Assembly: GCA_951406725.2 (NCBI GenBank)
Contig: OX597833.1
Location: forward strand, 15,314,001 to 15,378,000
Direction of reading: 5' to 3'
Length of the DNA stretch: 64,000 nucleotides
From: Octopus vulgaris
Taxonomy: Eukaryota
The notes beneath the pieces were generated by a model. That model was given only the letters and a program-made list of their open reading frames with translations, was not told the DNA's origin and ran no database searches. Positions 38,071 to 50,431 of this stretch are shown piece after piece; the stretch's first letter is position 1, and every line of letters starts with the position of its first letter. The translations under genes were made by a program, and so were the position numbers.

Positions 38071-38389
38071 GCACTCCGTCGGTTACGACGACGATGGCCC
38101 CAGCTGATACGATCAACGGAACAGCTTGCTCGTGAAATTAACGTGTAAGTGGCTGAGCACTCCACAGACACGTGTAACTTTAATGTAGTTCTGAAGGGGA
38201 TTCAGTGTAACACAGAATGGGACAAGGCTGGCCCTTTTTGAAATACAGTACAACTCGTTTTTGCCAGCTGAGTGGACTGGAGCAACGTGAAATAAAGTGT
38301 CTTGCTTAAGGACACAACGCGTCGCCGGGAATCGAACTCACGACCTTACAATCGTGAGCCGAATACCCTAACCACTAAGCCACGCGCCT
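38071..38389 (-). mobile_element. SINE family C full copy (tRNA-Arg-like head)
   Basis: A box TGGCTTAGTGG, B box GTTCGATTC, ACG at the anticodon position, TTACGTCA on both flanks. Confidence 0.93.
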
Positions 38390-38564
38390 TACGTCAAATA
38401 CTACGAAAATTAATACCATCTTTACAAACCTTGAAGAAGTCGAACTGAACTTATTTGTTCTATTACATTACTACAAAGCGTCAGTGCATTTGACCAGCAT
38501 ATCAATGTGATTTTCACAGGAGTATATCGTGTATATTCTATAGATATTATTTTATATGTTGCAT

Positions 38565-39005
38565 GGGGGCAGGCCTAGATGCCTGGGTAAGCGTTCTGCT
38601 TCCCAGCCATGTGATCTTGTGTTTATTCTCACTGTGTTACTCTTCTGGCAAGTGCCTCTTAATATAGCCATGAGCTGTCCAAAATGTGCAATTAGATTCA
38701 GTAGATGGAAACTGAAAGAAGCTCATCATATATGTGTGCCTCTGTGTGTGTGTGTGTGTGTGAGTATATGTATATGATGTATATGAGTATGTCTTCGTGT
38801 TTCTTGAGTTTTTCCCTCACTCATCCATTGAAACATGGTGTTAGATTGTTTAGGTACCCGTAACTTTACGGTCTAAGAACAGTGACAATTAGAATAAATG
38901 CCAGACTTCACAAAATAAGTATTGTAATGATTTCTTTGTCCAAATCCCTCAAGGCGGTATACCAGCACGAAGGTAGTACAATGACTGGAATAAGTAAATA
39001 ATAAA
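38565..39005 (+). mobile_element. Old degenerate SINE-B
   Basis: GTAGATGGAAACTGAAAGAAG, internal (TG)n and tail AAGGCGGT..CCAGCA..AATGACTG. Confidence 0.7.
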
Positions 39006-39399
39006 AGGGAAAAGATACGGTGAAAAATTTGAAGCAATATTATAGATATTACATGGTTTCTGTTGAACGATTGATTTGGTCTTCGTTTTAAAGGAATGCA
39101 ATTGAGAAAACATGAAGAGAATAAAATTAATAAACAATATCCACTTCGGTGAAGAAACACATAGAACAGAATCAAAACAACGGTGAATAGATTGAAATCA
39201 TTGAACAAGACAGCGTACAATACATACATCAATTTCAAAGCAAATATGATAGACATATTGCACTTAAACTAGAAAATATTTAAGTGCAGAAGATAAGCTA
39301 ATATTCATCGATTCTACAGCTGTCCCGATAACAATTTATAGTTATTCCCAAACGGCGGTTAAATTTATACGCCCAGACAGGAAAGTAAAAAATTAAAGA

Positions 39400-40400
39400 C
39401 TGCATTTTGAATGCACTACTGGAACTCAGGCAAGGAAAGATGAATATTTCCAAGAATTCGTTTAGACAGGTGGTATATTCTGCAAACAGTAGTTTATTAT
39501 ATACTGTCTACTACATGAAAGCATGACAAGAAAAGCGTATTGTAAAGACTAAAAAAAGAATAATACAAAAAAGAACTAGAAGATATTTCGAAAATACAAA
39601 ATTAGTTCTGTATTAAAAGAAACGAGCGAATATCGAACAATGGTCGAAGTAAGATACTTTTATGAGACAACTGGGAAATAACAATGCAAAGTTGATAAAA
39701 TGTCTTAAAAATTAATTTTCATATGTTGCTACCAATCGTCATATACAGATGGTGCCTGCAATAAATCTTGGAGTAAGCCAGATATAACTGAACAAAAGAG
39801 TAGGGGATAAACAAAAATATGAAGAATTGCTGATATGTGGAGCAGGTAATTTTGAAACACAAAATTGTTTTGCGATATCAGAGCAAACACTTTCTCTTAG
39901 AACAGACAAAAACAATGAAAAGAAGAGAAACAAATTATGTAACAGTGAATAAATATTTAGAGATTTTGAGGAATCAATCACATTCTTTCTTCAGAAACGA
40001 ATATGCTTAGACTATAAAAAAAAATCCTATGCTCCAAAAACACCGGACATTATGTCAGCATTAAGCAATACTCTCAGGATCATATCCTATAAATAATGAA
40101 AATCTAGATGGAATTGCAAACGAGAAGACAATGGTATTCGGAAATATGGTAAGTATCCAATATTGACAATTTCGTGGCAGTGGTCAGATATTGTTATGAA
40201 GGTAAATAAGAAAAGGATTTTAAATTGATAGCTGAACAAGAGGAAAGAAAATACGATGATCATCTAAACTGACACGGATATAGTTACATCTAAAATCTGG
40301 AGATATAAACATACAGAATGATATGATTTTCGAACACCAGTGGTTCCCATACCAATAGCCGTCTTCCTGAGAAGCGGTAAACCACAAGACGAAAGAAGCT
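39400..40400 (+). pseudogene. Decayed non-LTR retrotransposon, possibly the R4/Dong N-terminal region
   Basis: Strong A-skew and an ITEQ-like motif at ~39785. No intact frame. Confidence 0.3.
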
Positions 40401-40478
40401 AGAACTTCAGAGTTAAAATCTAGGACGTATAAATATACAAAGCATGCAGGAATTGAAAATAAAATTAACATAATGATC

Positions 40479-40544
<66 letters not shown>

Positions 40545-40545
<1 letters not shown>

Positions 40546-40696
40546 TGGTTGTGCGGTAAGAAGCTTGCTTCCCAACACATGCTTCCACCTTTCTCAAGTG
40601 TCTTCTACTATAACCTCGGCCGACCAAAGCCTTGTGAGTGGATTTGGAAGACGGGAACTTGAGAGAAGCCTGTCCTCTCTCTCTCTCTCTCTCTCA

Positions 40697-40741
<45 letters not shown>

Positions 40742-40915
40742 TCTTTGAGTTTGTGTTCGTCCGCCACCACCGCTTGATAACCAGTGCTGTAGTGTATATT
40801 TTCCGTAACCTAGCGGTTCGGTAAAATAAACCGATATAATAAATGCTAATTTCACAAAATAATCCTTCAAGACGGTGCACCAGCATAGTCACATGCGGGA
40901 AGCAAGGGAAAGCTA
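40545..40915 (+). mobile_element. Degenerate SINE-B with deletions
   Basis: GGCCGACCAAAGCCTTGTGAGTGGATTTGG and TAGCGGTTCGG blocks. Confidence 0.8.
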
Positions 40916-40919
40916 AAAA

Positions 40920-40932
40920 TTATATATGTATA

Positions 40933-41029
<97 letters not shown>

Positions 41030-41154
41030 AGCAGACAGACAGACAGACGAACTGACTGGCTGACAGACACACAGATAGACTGACACATAGATAGCTAGAT
41101 AGAGATATAGATAGATAAATAGATAGACATATAGACAGATAGATAGATAGATCA

Positions 41155-41204
<50 letters not shown>

Positions 41205-41220
41205 CAATAGATAGACAGAC

Positions 41221-41263
<43 letters not shown>

Positions 41264-41282
41264 CAGATAGATAGGCAGATAA

Positions 41283-41346
<64 letters not shown>
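40920..41346. repeat. (TA)n-(GA)n-(GACA)n-(GATA)n compound microsatellite
   Basis: Directly visible. Confidence 0.98.
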
Positions 41347-41643
41347 ACGTCACTCACATATTAAGAAAAATACGTCCAATACAATAGAAGTTAGGACAAA
41401 CCTAAATCTAATAGCAAAGAGTGGCAGATCTTAAAAATGGTAAAAGAAAACATGTGGAAGAAAATGACGGTAGTTCCAAGATAAGATAATAAAACTTATT
41501 GTATGATGACGAATATATGAATATATTACGCGATTTCTGAAGTAAAGCTATATGGATATCACACTGTACACCGCCATAGTTGAAAAACAGTTTCTAAATT
41601 GAGCGGTTAGAAATTTGAGATGCTTTTTTGTGGAACCAAAAGT

Positions 41644-42101
41644 GATAATGTAAAGTATAACAGCCATCTCATTATGGCTAACCACAAAGGGGTTGTTACT
41701 GTAGATTTTTAGCCCCAGGAGATCATCGTCTCCAGCTGGCTTTAGGCACACTATCTGTGCCCTTATGGTATTTGCAAAGGGAGGCCATCCCTTTCTCGTA
41801 AGCCTAAGTGATACGCACCGGACCGTGGTTTCGAGTTTATGAGGTTACGAGGTTAAGAGGCAATAACCTCGAAACCGCGGTCCGGTGCATATCACTTAGG
41901 CTTACAAGAAAGGGATGGCCTCCCTTTGCAAATACCATAAGGGCACAGATAGTGTGCCTTAAGCCAGCTGGAGATGATGATCTCCTGGGGATAAAAAGCT
42001 ACAGTAACACCCCCTTTTGTGGTTAGCCATATTGAGATGGCTATTATACTTTACATTGTCGAGCGGTCACTGCTTACATCTCGTTCTGAGATTTAATAAT
42101 A
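41644..42101. mobile_element. Large foldback with ~195-bp arms (41644-41838 and 41864-42060), likely an inverted Penelope-like terminal repeat
   Basis: The arms are highly complementary and one extends a further ~40 bp. The centre holds the 3' half of a hammerhead, GAGGTTA..TAACCTC-GAAAC-CGCG-GTC. Confidence 0.75.
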
Positions 42102-42822
42102 CAAAAGAGATATATTTATTCAAATTTTACTTGAAGAAAACTGAGTATCCGCCATAAATGGAATCAACCAGGAAAAATAAATGACGATGTGTAGGAGAGA
42201 AAAATTATTTAGGCAACTAGGAAAAGAGAACAAATAAGATTTAGAAATATTAAACAAAAAGACTTAAAATCAAATTAACCTCAATATGGGCAATTATTAT
42301 TATTATTATATCCTGAATCAAAACCCAAATTAAATTAATTAGTAATCAATATATTGGTACTTGTAACCAATATTTATCTGCGCCTGACATCCAATGGAAT
42401 AAAATTTAGAACAGAGATCTTGTAAATAATACAATAATTTCTATTAATTCAATCTACAAATCTAATCTATGTAAATTCAATTTGCATTCCTAAATAAACC
42501 GATGGACAAGACGTCGTATCCAAATGTTGTCTATGAATTCCTTGCAGTTAAACGAAATATATACACCCTGAAGGGTCAAAATACGATTTTCTAAGCAGCT
42601 GTGAAACATGGAAATTCTATAATGCTAATTCAATACAAAGAGATCAAAGGCAGTCTAATCAGAAATACGTACATTAGGTTCAATGGCATAAAAAACGCAA
42701 CAGACATATAACAAAGAACACCGAATAAGTATACAATCACAAGAACAAACACACATAATACGTTAATGAAAATATGTCTATGAGCACGCACGCGGGCATA
42801 TATATAAATTTCGTACATATAT

Positions 42823-42975
42823 AGGCGCAGGAGTGGCTGTGTGGTAAGTAGCTTGCTAACTAACCACATGGTTCCGGGTTCAGTCCCACTGCGTGGCATC
42901 TTGGGCAAGTGTCTTCTGCTATAGCCCCGGGCCGACCAATGCCTTGTGAGTGGATTTGGTAGACGGAAACTGTCG

Positions 42976-43007
<32 letters not shown>

Positions 43008-43292
43008 TATATGTATGTGTGTGTATGTGTTTGTGTGTCTGTGTTTGTCCCCCTTGCATTGATTGACAACCGATGCTGGTGTGTTTACGTCCCCGTAACT
43101 TAGCGGTTCGGCAAAAGAGACCGATAGAATAAGTACTGGGCTTACAAAGAATAAGTCCCGGGGTCGATTTGCTCGACTAAAGGCAGTGTTCCAGCATGGC
43201 CACAGACAAATTACTGAAACATTTATATACTCTTTACTCTCTTACTCTTTCAGTTATTGGGCAAGAGTAAAGAGTATATAAAGTTTCGTACA
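42823..43292 (+). mobile_element. SINE-B copy with an inverted segment in its 3' tail
   Basis: Consensus to ~43220, then TTTATATACTCTTTACTCT..AGAGTAAAGAGTATATAAA. TATATAAA(G)TTTCGTACATAT occurs on both flanks. Confidence 0.9.
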
Positions 43293-43435
43293 TATCATTA
43301 TTAGGCGTAGGAGTGGCTCTGTGGTAAGTAGCTGATACAGGAACTCAAGCGGCATTGAAGATAATGATGAATATATCGATGGATATATCGAAGAGTAGGA
43401 GGTGAAAGACTCGTTATAAGGTTTGAAACCTCATC

Positions 43436-43639
43436 TTACTCCTTTACTCTTTTTTTACTTGTTTCAGTCCTTTGACTGCGGCCATGCTGGAGCACCGCCT
43501 TTAGTCGAGCAAATTCTATCGGTCTCTTTTGCCGAACCTCTAAGTGACGGCGACGTAAACACACCGGCATCGGTTTTCAAACAATGCTAGGAGGACAAAC
43601 ACAGACACACAAACATGCACACACACCCACACCCACACC

Positions 43640-43674
<35 letters not shown>

Positions 43675-43835
43675 TTATACGACGGGCTTCTTTCAGTTTC
43701 CGTCTACCAAATCCACTCACAAGGCTTTAATCGGCCCCAGGCTATAGTAGAAGACACTTGCCCAAGATGCTACGCAGTGGGACTGAACCCGGAACCATGT
43801 AGTTGGTAAGCAGGCTACTTACCACACAGCAACTC
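43436..43835 (-). mobile_element. SINE family B copy with a small internal deletion
   Basis: Consensus match. Confidence 0.92.
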
Positions 43836-44044
43836 GTGCACCTCTTATTGTATTATTTGTAGTGGTTTATAAACTTAATTGTGTGTTAAAAAAATATATA
43901 TAAATGTTAAGTAAGAGGTTTTAGTGCCTCCTTCTTGTAAGAGATTTGAAACCTCATATTGATTTTTTTAAAAAAGAGAAAATATGTTTTCGGGAAAAAT
44001 CCAATCGACGGGATTTGGGTTTCGTCTCTCATTTATTCATTTTA

Positions 44045-44427
44045 CTAGCAGTATCGCCCGGCGTTGCTCAGGTTTGTAAGGGAAATAACTATAAAGCATT
44101 TTTAGAGAGTTATAGCCAAAAAATAGCAAAAAAATGGAAAAAAATGATGGTAAATTTTTTTGAGAGTTAAAAAAGGTGGAGTTGCGTCCCCTAGACGGTC
44201 TGTGGTTTGGGTTTCTGATTCTCGACCCCATGTCGAATTTATCGATTTTTTTCAGAACTGGGGGAACTTTTCAAAATTTTCGCTGCGTTAGTTTTGAATT
44301 ATGACATTGGGCTATGTGTGTGTCAAGTTTCATCAGAATCGGTTGAAAGCCATGGTCAGAGTGAGGGTACAACCTGACAGACACACAGACACGCAGACAG
44401 ACAAACTGCCGTTTATATAGAGAGAGA
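44045..44427 (-). mobile_element. Non-autonomous Helitron, second subfamily
   Basis: Minus strand starts TCTCTCTCTATATAAACGGC and has the same hairpin plus CTAG 3' end as 20804. Inserted between A and T. Confidence 0.9.
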
Positions 44428-44512
44428 TTTCGTTTTCATTCATTAATGTGTTTGTCCAGCCCGCAAAGCTACACACTCTTTCTACTGTCTATAATGACAA
44501 ATTTTATGAAAT

Positions 44513-44892
44513 AAAGTAGCTTGCTTACGAAGCACATGGTTCCGGTTTCAGTTCCACTGCGTGGTACCTTGGGCAAGTGTCTTCTACCATAGCGTCGGGC
44601 CGACCAAAGCCTTGTGAGTGCATTTGGTAGAGGGAAACAGAAAGAAGGCCGTCGTATATATGTATATATATGTGTGTGTATGTCTGTTTGTCCCCCCAAC
44701 ATCACATGACAACCGATGCTGGCGTGTTTATGTCCCCTTAACTTAGCGGTTTCAGCAAAAGTTACCGATGGAATAAGTACTAAGCTTACAAAGAATAAGT
44801 CCTGGAGTCGACTTGCTCGACTAAAGGTGGTGCTCCAGCATGGCCACACTCAAATTACTGAAACAAGAAAAAGAGCAAAAGAGTAAAAGAGT
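44513..44892 (+). mobile_element. SINE family B copy, 5' clipped
   Basis: Consensus match. Confidence 0.9.
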
Positions 44893-45039
44893 TTAAATAA
44901 TATTGCGTGTGTATGTGTGCATGTGAGTGCGAGTGTGTGTGTGTGTGTAGAAACATATGTGTATGTATATGTTAATGCAATCGAAATTGAAACAATTGTT
45001 GCATTCTCTTTTTTATAATTGCCATTTTACTTGGTGGAA

Positions 45040-45412
45040 ACGTAATGGCCCAGTGGTTAAGGCAGCGGACTCGCAATCGGAGGATCGCGGTTTCGATTCC
45101 CAGACCGGGCATTGTGAGTGTTTATTGAGCAAAAACACCTAAAGCTCCACGAGGCTCCGGCAGGGGATGGTGGTGAACCCTGCTGTACTCTTTCACCACA
45201 ACTTTCTCTCACTCTTACTTCCTGTTTCTATTGTACCTGTATTTCAAAGGGCCGGCCTTGTCACTCTCTGTGTCACGCTGAATCTCCCAGAGAACTACGT
45301 TAAGGGTACACGTGTCTGTGGAGTGCTCAGCCACTTGCACGTTAATATCACGAGCAAGCTGTTCCGTTGGTCGTATCAGCTGGGACCCTCATCGTCGCAA
45401 CCGACGGAGTGC
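45040..45412 (+). mobile_element. SINE family D full copy (tRNA-Arg-like head; 3' half shared with SINE-C)
   Basis: A box TGGCCCAGTGG, TCG at the anticodon position, B box GTTTCGATTCC. The 3' body GTATTTCAAAGGGCC..ACCGACGGAGTG is the same type as in SINE-C. Confidence 0.93.
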
Positions 45413-45441
45413 TAAAAGAATTTACTTGTAACAACTCATTT

Positions 45442-45928
45442 GGATCTTTTCCTTTTGAACGACAGATGTCAACACAATTTCTAGTTAACTAAACACTTTA
45501 AAACTTCGTATACTGGTAGAATGTGTCAAAATAAAACATTTTTATCTCTTGGCTTTCTTGAGAAAATTGTAATTTGTAAGATTAACGTAGTTTAATTTTT
45601 CGAATTTGACCAATGAATCGCCTCTGTTTAGCTAAAATCATTTGCTGCGTCTAAAACTGAGACAACATCCTGTCACTAACCCTAACCCTCACCCTCAACC
45701 ATAAACCTAACCCTAATTTTTTTTTCTTAATTGTTAAATTAATTTAATTTTTACGCGTGTAAAAAAAACGAAAGGCTAAAACGAAAGCAATGGAAAATAA
45801 TTTGAACAATTAACAAACAAAATAATTCTATAATTTTATACACACGCTTTCTACCAGTATACGAAGTTTTAAAGTGTTTAGTTAACTAGAAATTGTGTTG
45901 ACATGTGCCGTTCAAAAGGAAAAGATCC
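45442..45928. mobile_element. MITE with ~85-bp TIRs starting GGATCTTTTCC and internal telomere-like repeats
   Basis: The TIRs at ~45442-45526 and ~45842-45928 are reverse complements. Possible degenerate 8-bp TSD ACTCATTT/ACCCCTTT. Confidence 0.88.
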
Positions 45929-46133
45929 ACCCCTTTTTCTGCTTTAAAACCCACAGACAATTAATTTTGAATGGCTTTTGGGGTCTGGAAGGGATTAAGA
46001 ATATTTATTTGATTTCAATGACGAAAGTTGATCTGTAGAGGGAGTAAATCATGTGACCAACTTGGTCATGGAACGAATTAAACTCGTACAAAGAGGTATC
46101 TCCGTATATATCCTTTGTGCGTATATTCACTGA

Positions 46134-46547
46134 CTAGCAGTATCGCCCGGCGTTGCTCCGATTTGTAAGTTCCCCCAGTTCTGTAAGGGATTTGTAAGGG
46201 AAATAACTATAAAGCATTTTTAGAGAGTTATAGCCAAAAAATAGCAAAAAAATGGAAAAAAAATGATGGTAAATTTTTTTTGAGAGTTAAAAAGGGTCGA
46301 GTTGCGTCCCCTAGACAGTCTGTGGTTTGTGTTTCTGATTCTCGACCCCATGTCGAATTTATCGATTTTTTTCAGAACTGGGGGAACTTTTCAAAATTTT
46401 CGCAGCGTTAGTTTTGAATTATGACATTGGGCTATGTGTGTGTCAAGTTTCATCAGAATCGGTTGAAAGCCGTGGTCAGGGTGAGGGTACAACCAAACAG
46501 ACACACAGAAACACACACAGACAAACTGCCGTTTATATAGAGAGAGA
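46134..46547 (-). mobile_element. Non-autonomous Helitron nearly identical to 44045-44427
   Basis: Same termini. A ~30-bp extra insert near 46160-46195 includes AGTTCCCCCAGTTCTG, the reverse complement of its own 46374-46389. Confidence 0.9.
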
Positions 46548-46549
46548 TA

Positions 46550-47130
46550 AGGATCTTATCAGTGAATAAAGAAGATGCGAATCTACAAATACAATAGATA
46601 TAAATCTCAAATGCAAACAAATGAAGGTAATATGCATGTTATTTAGACTTTGTAGTAGCAAGGAAGTTATCGTTAGAGAATTGAATGTATCTCTAAACAC
46701 TGAAAAGAAGTATCGAGACCAACTGTCGAATATTCAAAGCAATAAGGAAAACACAATTTTCAACTGTATACTACAGCAATTAATGGAAAACTGTGAAATG
46801 GTGAAGTTGATCTAACAACCATCGGTAACATCTTATGATGTACGGCCAATGCTTTGGGAAAGCAAATTGGAATTGAAATATAAAAAGAAATGAACAGACA
46901 TGTCAACAAACAACCGGAGAAGAAAAGTCAAAAATACAGAAAGAAATTAATCATCTGAGATGTGAATTGTCGATTGTCTGTGAGATTTGGAAGGAAATAA
47001 ATGTCGAATGTAGAAAAGCAAGATACAATTTTAAGAAGAAAAATAATAATTCAAGATACCACAGAAAGAAAGCGTCTCTATAATCAAAATGAATCAGAAA
47101 AAACACGTACTAGATTAAGCACCACGGAGT

Positions 47131-47227
<97 letters not shown>

Positions 47228-48050
47228 TTGTAAACAGAAAGACGCAAAGGAACTTTTTAAACGGAAACACAACCAATAGAAAATAAAGTATCTAAGTTAT
47301 TGGACTGAAGTTGAAAAAGTTTAGAAGAATATCAAGTCTAACAAGAGAAATAATGAGAAACATGATTATCAGGAAAAAATAAAAGGAGTGAACATGCAAA
47401 ACAACAAATGGTAGTGTTCGAAGAAGCAGTGTCAAGGCAGCTCTCAAGCAAAGCTCACTAATGGGGATCGCCAGAATAAATCAAATCCTAAATAATTATT
47501 ATCCATATACACTTGCTGCAAGGAGAAGAACTCCGTCGGTTACGACGATGAGGGTTCCGGTTGATCCGAATCAACGGAACAGCCTGCACGTGAAATTAAC
47601 GTGTAAGTGGCTGAGCACTCCACAGACACGTGTACCCCTTAACGTAGTTCTCGGGGATATTCAGCGTGACACAGAGAGTGACAAGGCCGGCCCCTTGAAA
47701 TACAAGTACAACAGAAACAGGAAGTAAGAGTGAGAGAAAGTTGTGGTGAAAGAGTACAGCAGGGATCACCACCATCCCCTGCCGGAGCGTCGTGGAGCTT
47801 TTAGGTGTTTTCGCTCAATAAACACTCACAACGCCCGGTCTGGGAATCGAAACCGCTGCCCTAACCACTGGGCCATTGCTGCAAAACACGAAGGACTAAC
47901 ATAGAAATAAGCGCAAGCGTACAGAATACCGACAAAAATTCCCAACTGGTTAGTGGAAGATACAGTATATATCCTACTGAGGAATCAGAGCCGACCCCCA
48001 CAAAACAAATGAAGAGAAAACAAGCAGCGGTAGAGTTATTACATTTCTGA
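46550..48050 (+). pseudogene. Mosaic of decayed LINE RT fragments (RTE-like and R4/Dong-like), interrupted by SINE-D
   Basis: KYL-like (~47285), AKL.NG..IN (~47450-47490) and PNWLVEDTVYIL (~47941) motifs, all frame-broken. Confidence 0.4.
47530..47879 (-). mobile_element. SINE family D copy
   Basis: Reverse complement of the 45040 copy with a small deletion in the head. Confidence 0.92.
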
Positions 48051-48074
48051 CTTTATTTTATATAGGTTTATATA

Positions 48075-48290
48075 TCTTTTATCTTTCGTTTGTTTCAGTC
48101 GTTTGATTGCGACCATACTGGGGCACCAGCTTGTAGGATTTTATTTGAACAAATCGACCCAATGGCTTATTCTTTTTTTAAGCTTAGTATTTATGCTATA
48201 GGTCTTTTTTACTGAACCTCTAGGATACAGGGGCCTAAACACACCAACATCAGTTTTCAAAAGGTGGTTGGACACATACACATATATACA
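48075..48290 (-). mobile_element. Degenerate SINE-B 3' half
   Basis: TTGTTTCAGTCGTTTGATTGCGACCATACTGGGGCACC is the reverse complement of the tail. Confidence 0.7.
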
Positions 48291-48291
48291 C

Positions 48292-48373
<82 letters not shown>

Positions 48374-48374
<1 letters not shown>

Positions 48375-48558
48375 GGCGCAGGAGTGGCTGTGTGGTAAGT
48401 AGCTTGTTTACCAACCACACGGTTCCGGGTTCAGTCCCACTGCGTGGCACCTTGGGCAAGTGTCTTCTAGTATAGCCTCGGGCCGACCAAAGCCTTGTGA
48501 GTGGATTTGGTAGACGGAAGCTGAAAGAAGCCTGTCGTATATATGTATGTATATATGC

Positions 48559-48593
<35 letters not shown>

Positions 48594-48795
48594 TCCCCCT
48601 AGCATTGCTTGACAACCGATGCTGGTGAGTTTATGTCCCCGTTACTTAGCGGTTCGGCAAAAGAGACCGATAGAATAAGCACTGGGCTTACAAAAGAATA
48701 AATCCCGGGGTCGAGTTGCTCGATTAAAGGCGGTGCTCCAGCATGGCCGCATCAAATGACTGAAACAACTAAAAGAGAGTAAAAGAGTAAAGAGT
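48374..48795 (+). mobile_element. SINE family B full copy
   Basis: Consensus match. Confidence 0.95.
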
Positions 48796-48974
48796 ATACC
48801 AGCGACAACCAAGAGCTTGCCAAAGTTATATCCATTTTCTTCTCCTATATAACCTAAACTTCGATGTACCACCACACCACCTTCTACCATACAAACTTAC
48901 AAAAAACTGTACCTACCCAGGTAATAACCAAGAGCGATAATTAAATCCAGAGTCGCTCTTGGTTATTACCCGTG

Positions 48975-49009
<35 letters not shown>

Positions 49010-49015
<6 letters not shown>

Positions 49016-49300
49016 GAAAATAGTAAAAAGTGAAAAAACTACAGAAGGCTTGTTTAAAAGGTTAAAAAATATATATTTGAGTCAATATGTCTGAAGAATG
49101 TTATAAATTTTTTTTCATACAATGACATAGTTTTTGAAGAAATGACCGGTTTTTGTATGAAAAAAATTTATAACATTCTTCAGACATATTGACTCAAATA
49201 TATATTTTTTAACCTTTTAAAACAAGCCTTCTGTAGTTTTTTCACTTTTTACTATTTTCTATATATTCAACCACGTGCTTTCACACACCAACTTTCTCAC
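49010..49300. repeat. Inverted repeat with ~112-bp arms (49010-49121 and 49154-49266), probably Penelope-derived
   Basis: Near-perfect reverse-complementary arms flanked by (TA)n. Degenerate CTGAAGA..AAACCGGTC motif on the minus strand. Confidence 0.9.
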
Positions 49301-49301
49301 C

Positions 49302-49375
<74 letters not shown>

Positions 49376-49995
49376 ATGATTGGTCCAAGGTCGCAGTAAA
49401 GGACATCCCTCCAAGGTAGGACTCAGATTTGAATTATGTGATTGGGAAACAGAGAAATCGATGATTGTTAGTGGTTGAGTTAAACCTAAGGATTCGCTTC
49501 TTCAAATTCTGTTTCATTTTCCCATTCGTCAGCAAATGTGTTCACGTTTTCATTGTTGCTTTCCCCCATTTTACCCAGTAATTTCAGTTCTAATTTACAT
49601 AGCGTCATTTTCTGCAATAACACAAACGAAAAGACATTTGGATACGACAGAGATAAGTAGCAACAAAAGACTAATACGGTTTGCTTAGAAACATACCTTT
49701 ATCCTTCATCCGAATATGGGCGCAACAATCTATACATTCCTAGGTTTCCTCACTAGAAAATAGTCTGCAAACATAAAGAAAAAATATATCAATCAATAAC
49801 TGATTCGTTTTCATCGGAAGTTTTCAAAGCAAATTTATCACCAGCAACAAGCTGTAGATAGATAATTAGCAATATTAAGAAGCATAATTCAATTAGTAAT
49901 AGTTAGTATCAGAAACAAAGGATGCCACGAGAAATGTTGTTAAGCATTTTCTGAAGTTTAATTAATTTTTTTCCATTCTCAACTCTAGTACATAA

Positions 49996-50067
49996 GTTGT
50001 TGTTGTTGTTGCTGTTGCTGCTGCTGCTGCTGTTGTTGCCGTTGTTGTTGTTGTTGTTCTTCTTCTT

Positions 50068-50139
<72 letters not shown>

Positions 50140-50160
50140 ATTATTTTTTATTATTTTTTT
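49996..50160. repeat. (GTT)n-(GCT)n-(CTT)n-(ATT)n trinucleotide gradient
   Basis: Directly visible. Confidence 0.97.
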
Positions 50161-50431
50161 TCCTTATCATCTTCTTACAATTTTGTTTCTATTTCGTGGC
50201 GAGCGTTTTTCTTGACAGAGAAACGCACTGTAGGTAATGACAGGCCATTAAAACAAACACACCAGATTTCTCATTTACAGTCATAAGATAGAGAAGATGG
50301 GAAGACAGAGAAAACGGGAAAAAATAGAAAAGTAAACAAATAAAATAAAAGGGTGAGTCTTCTTCTTCTTCTTCTTCTTCTTCTTATTATTATTATTATT
50401 ATTATTATCATCATCATTATTATCATTATTT

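Noticed and set aside
38320-38389. tRNA-Arg-like sequences (also 45040-45110)
   Set aside because: They are SINE heads: continuous with the SINE body and lacking a proper acceptor stem and terminator.
45677-45716. Telomere or chromosome fusion scar
   Set aside because: Short, degenerate and internal to a MITE.
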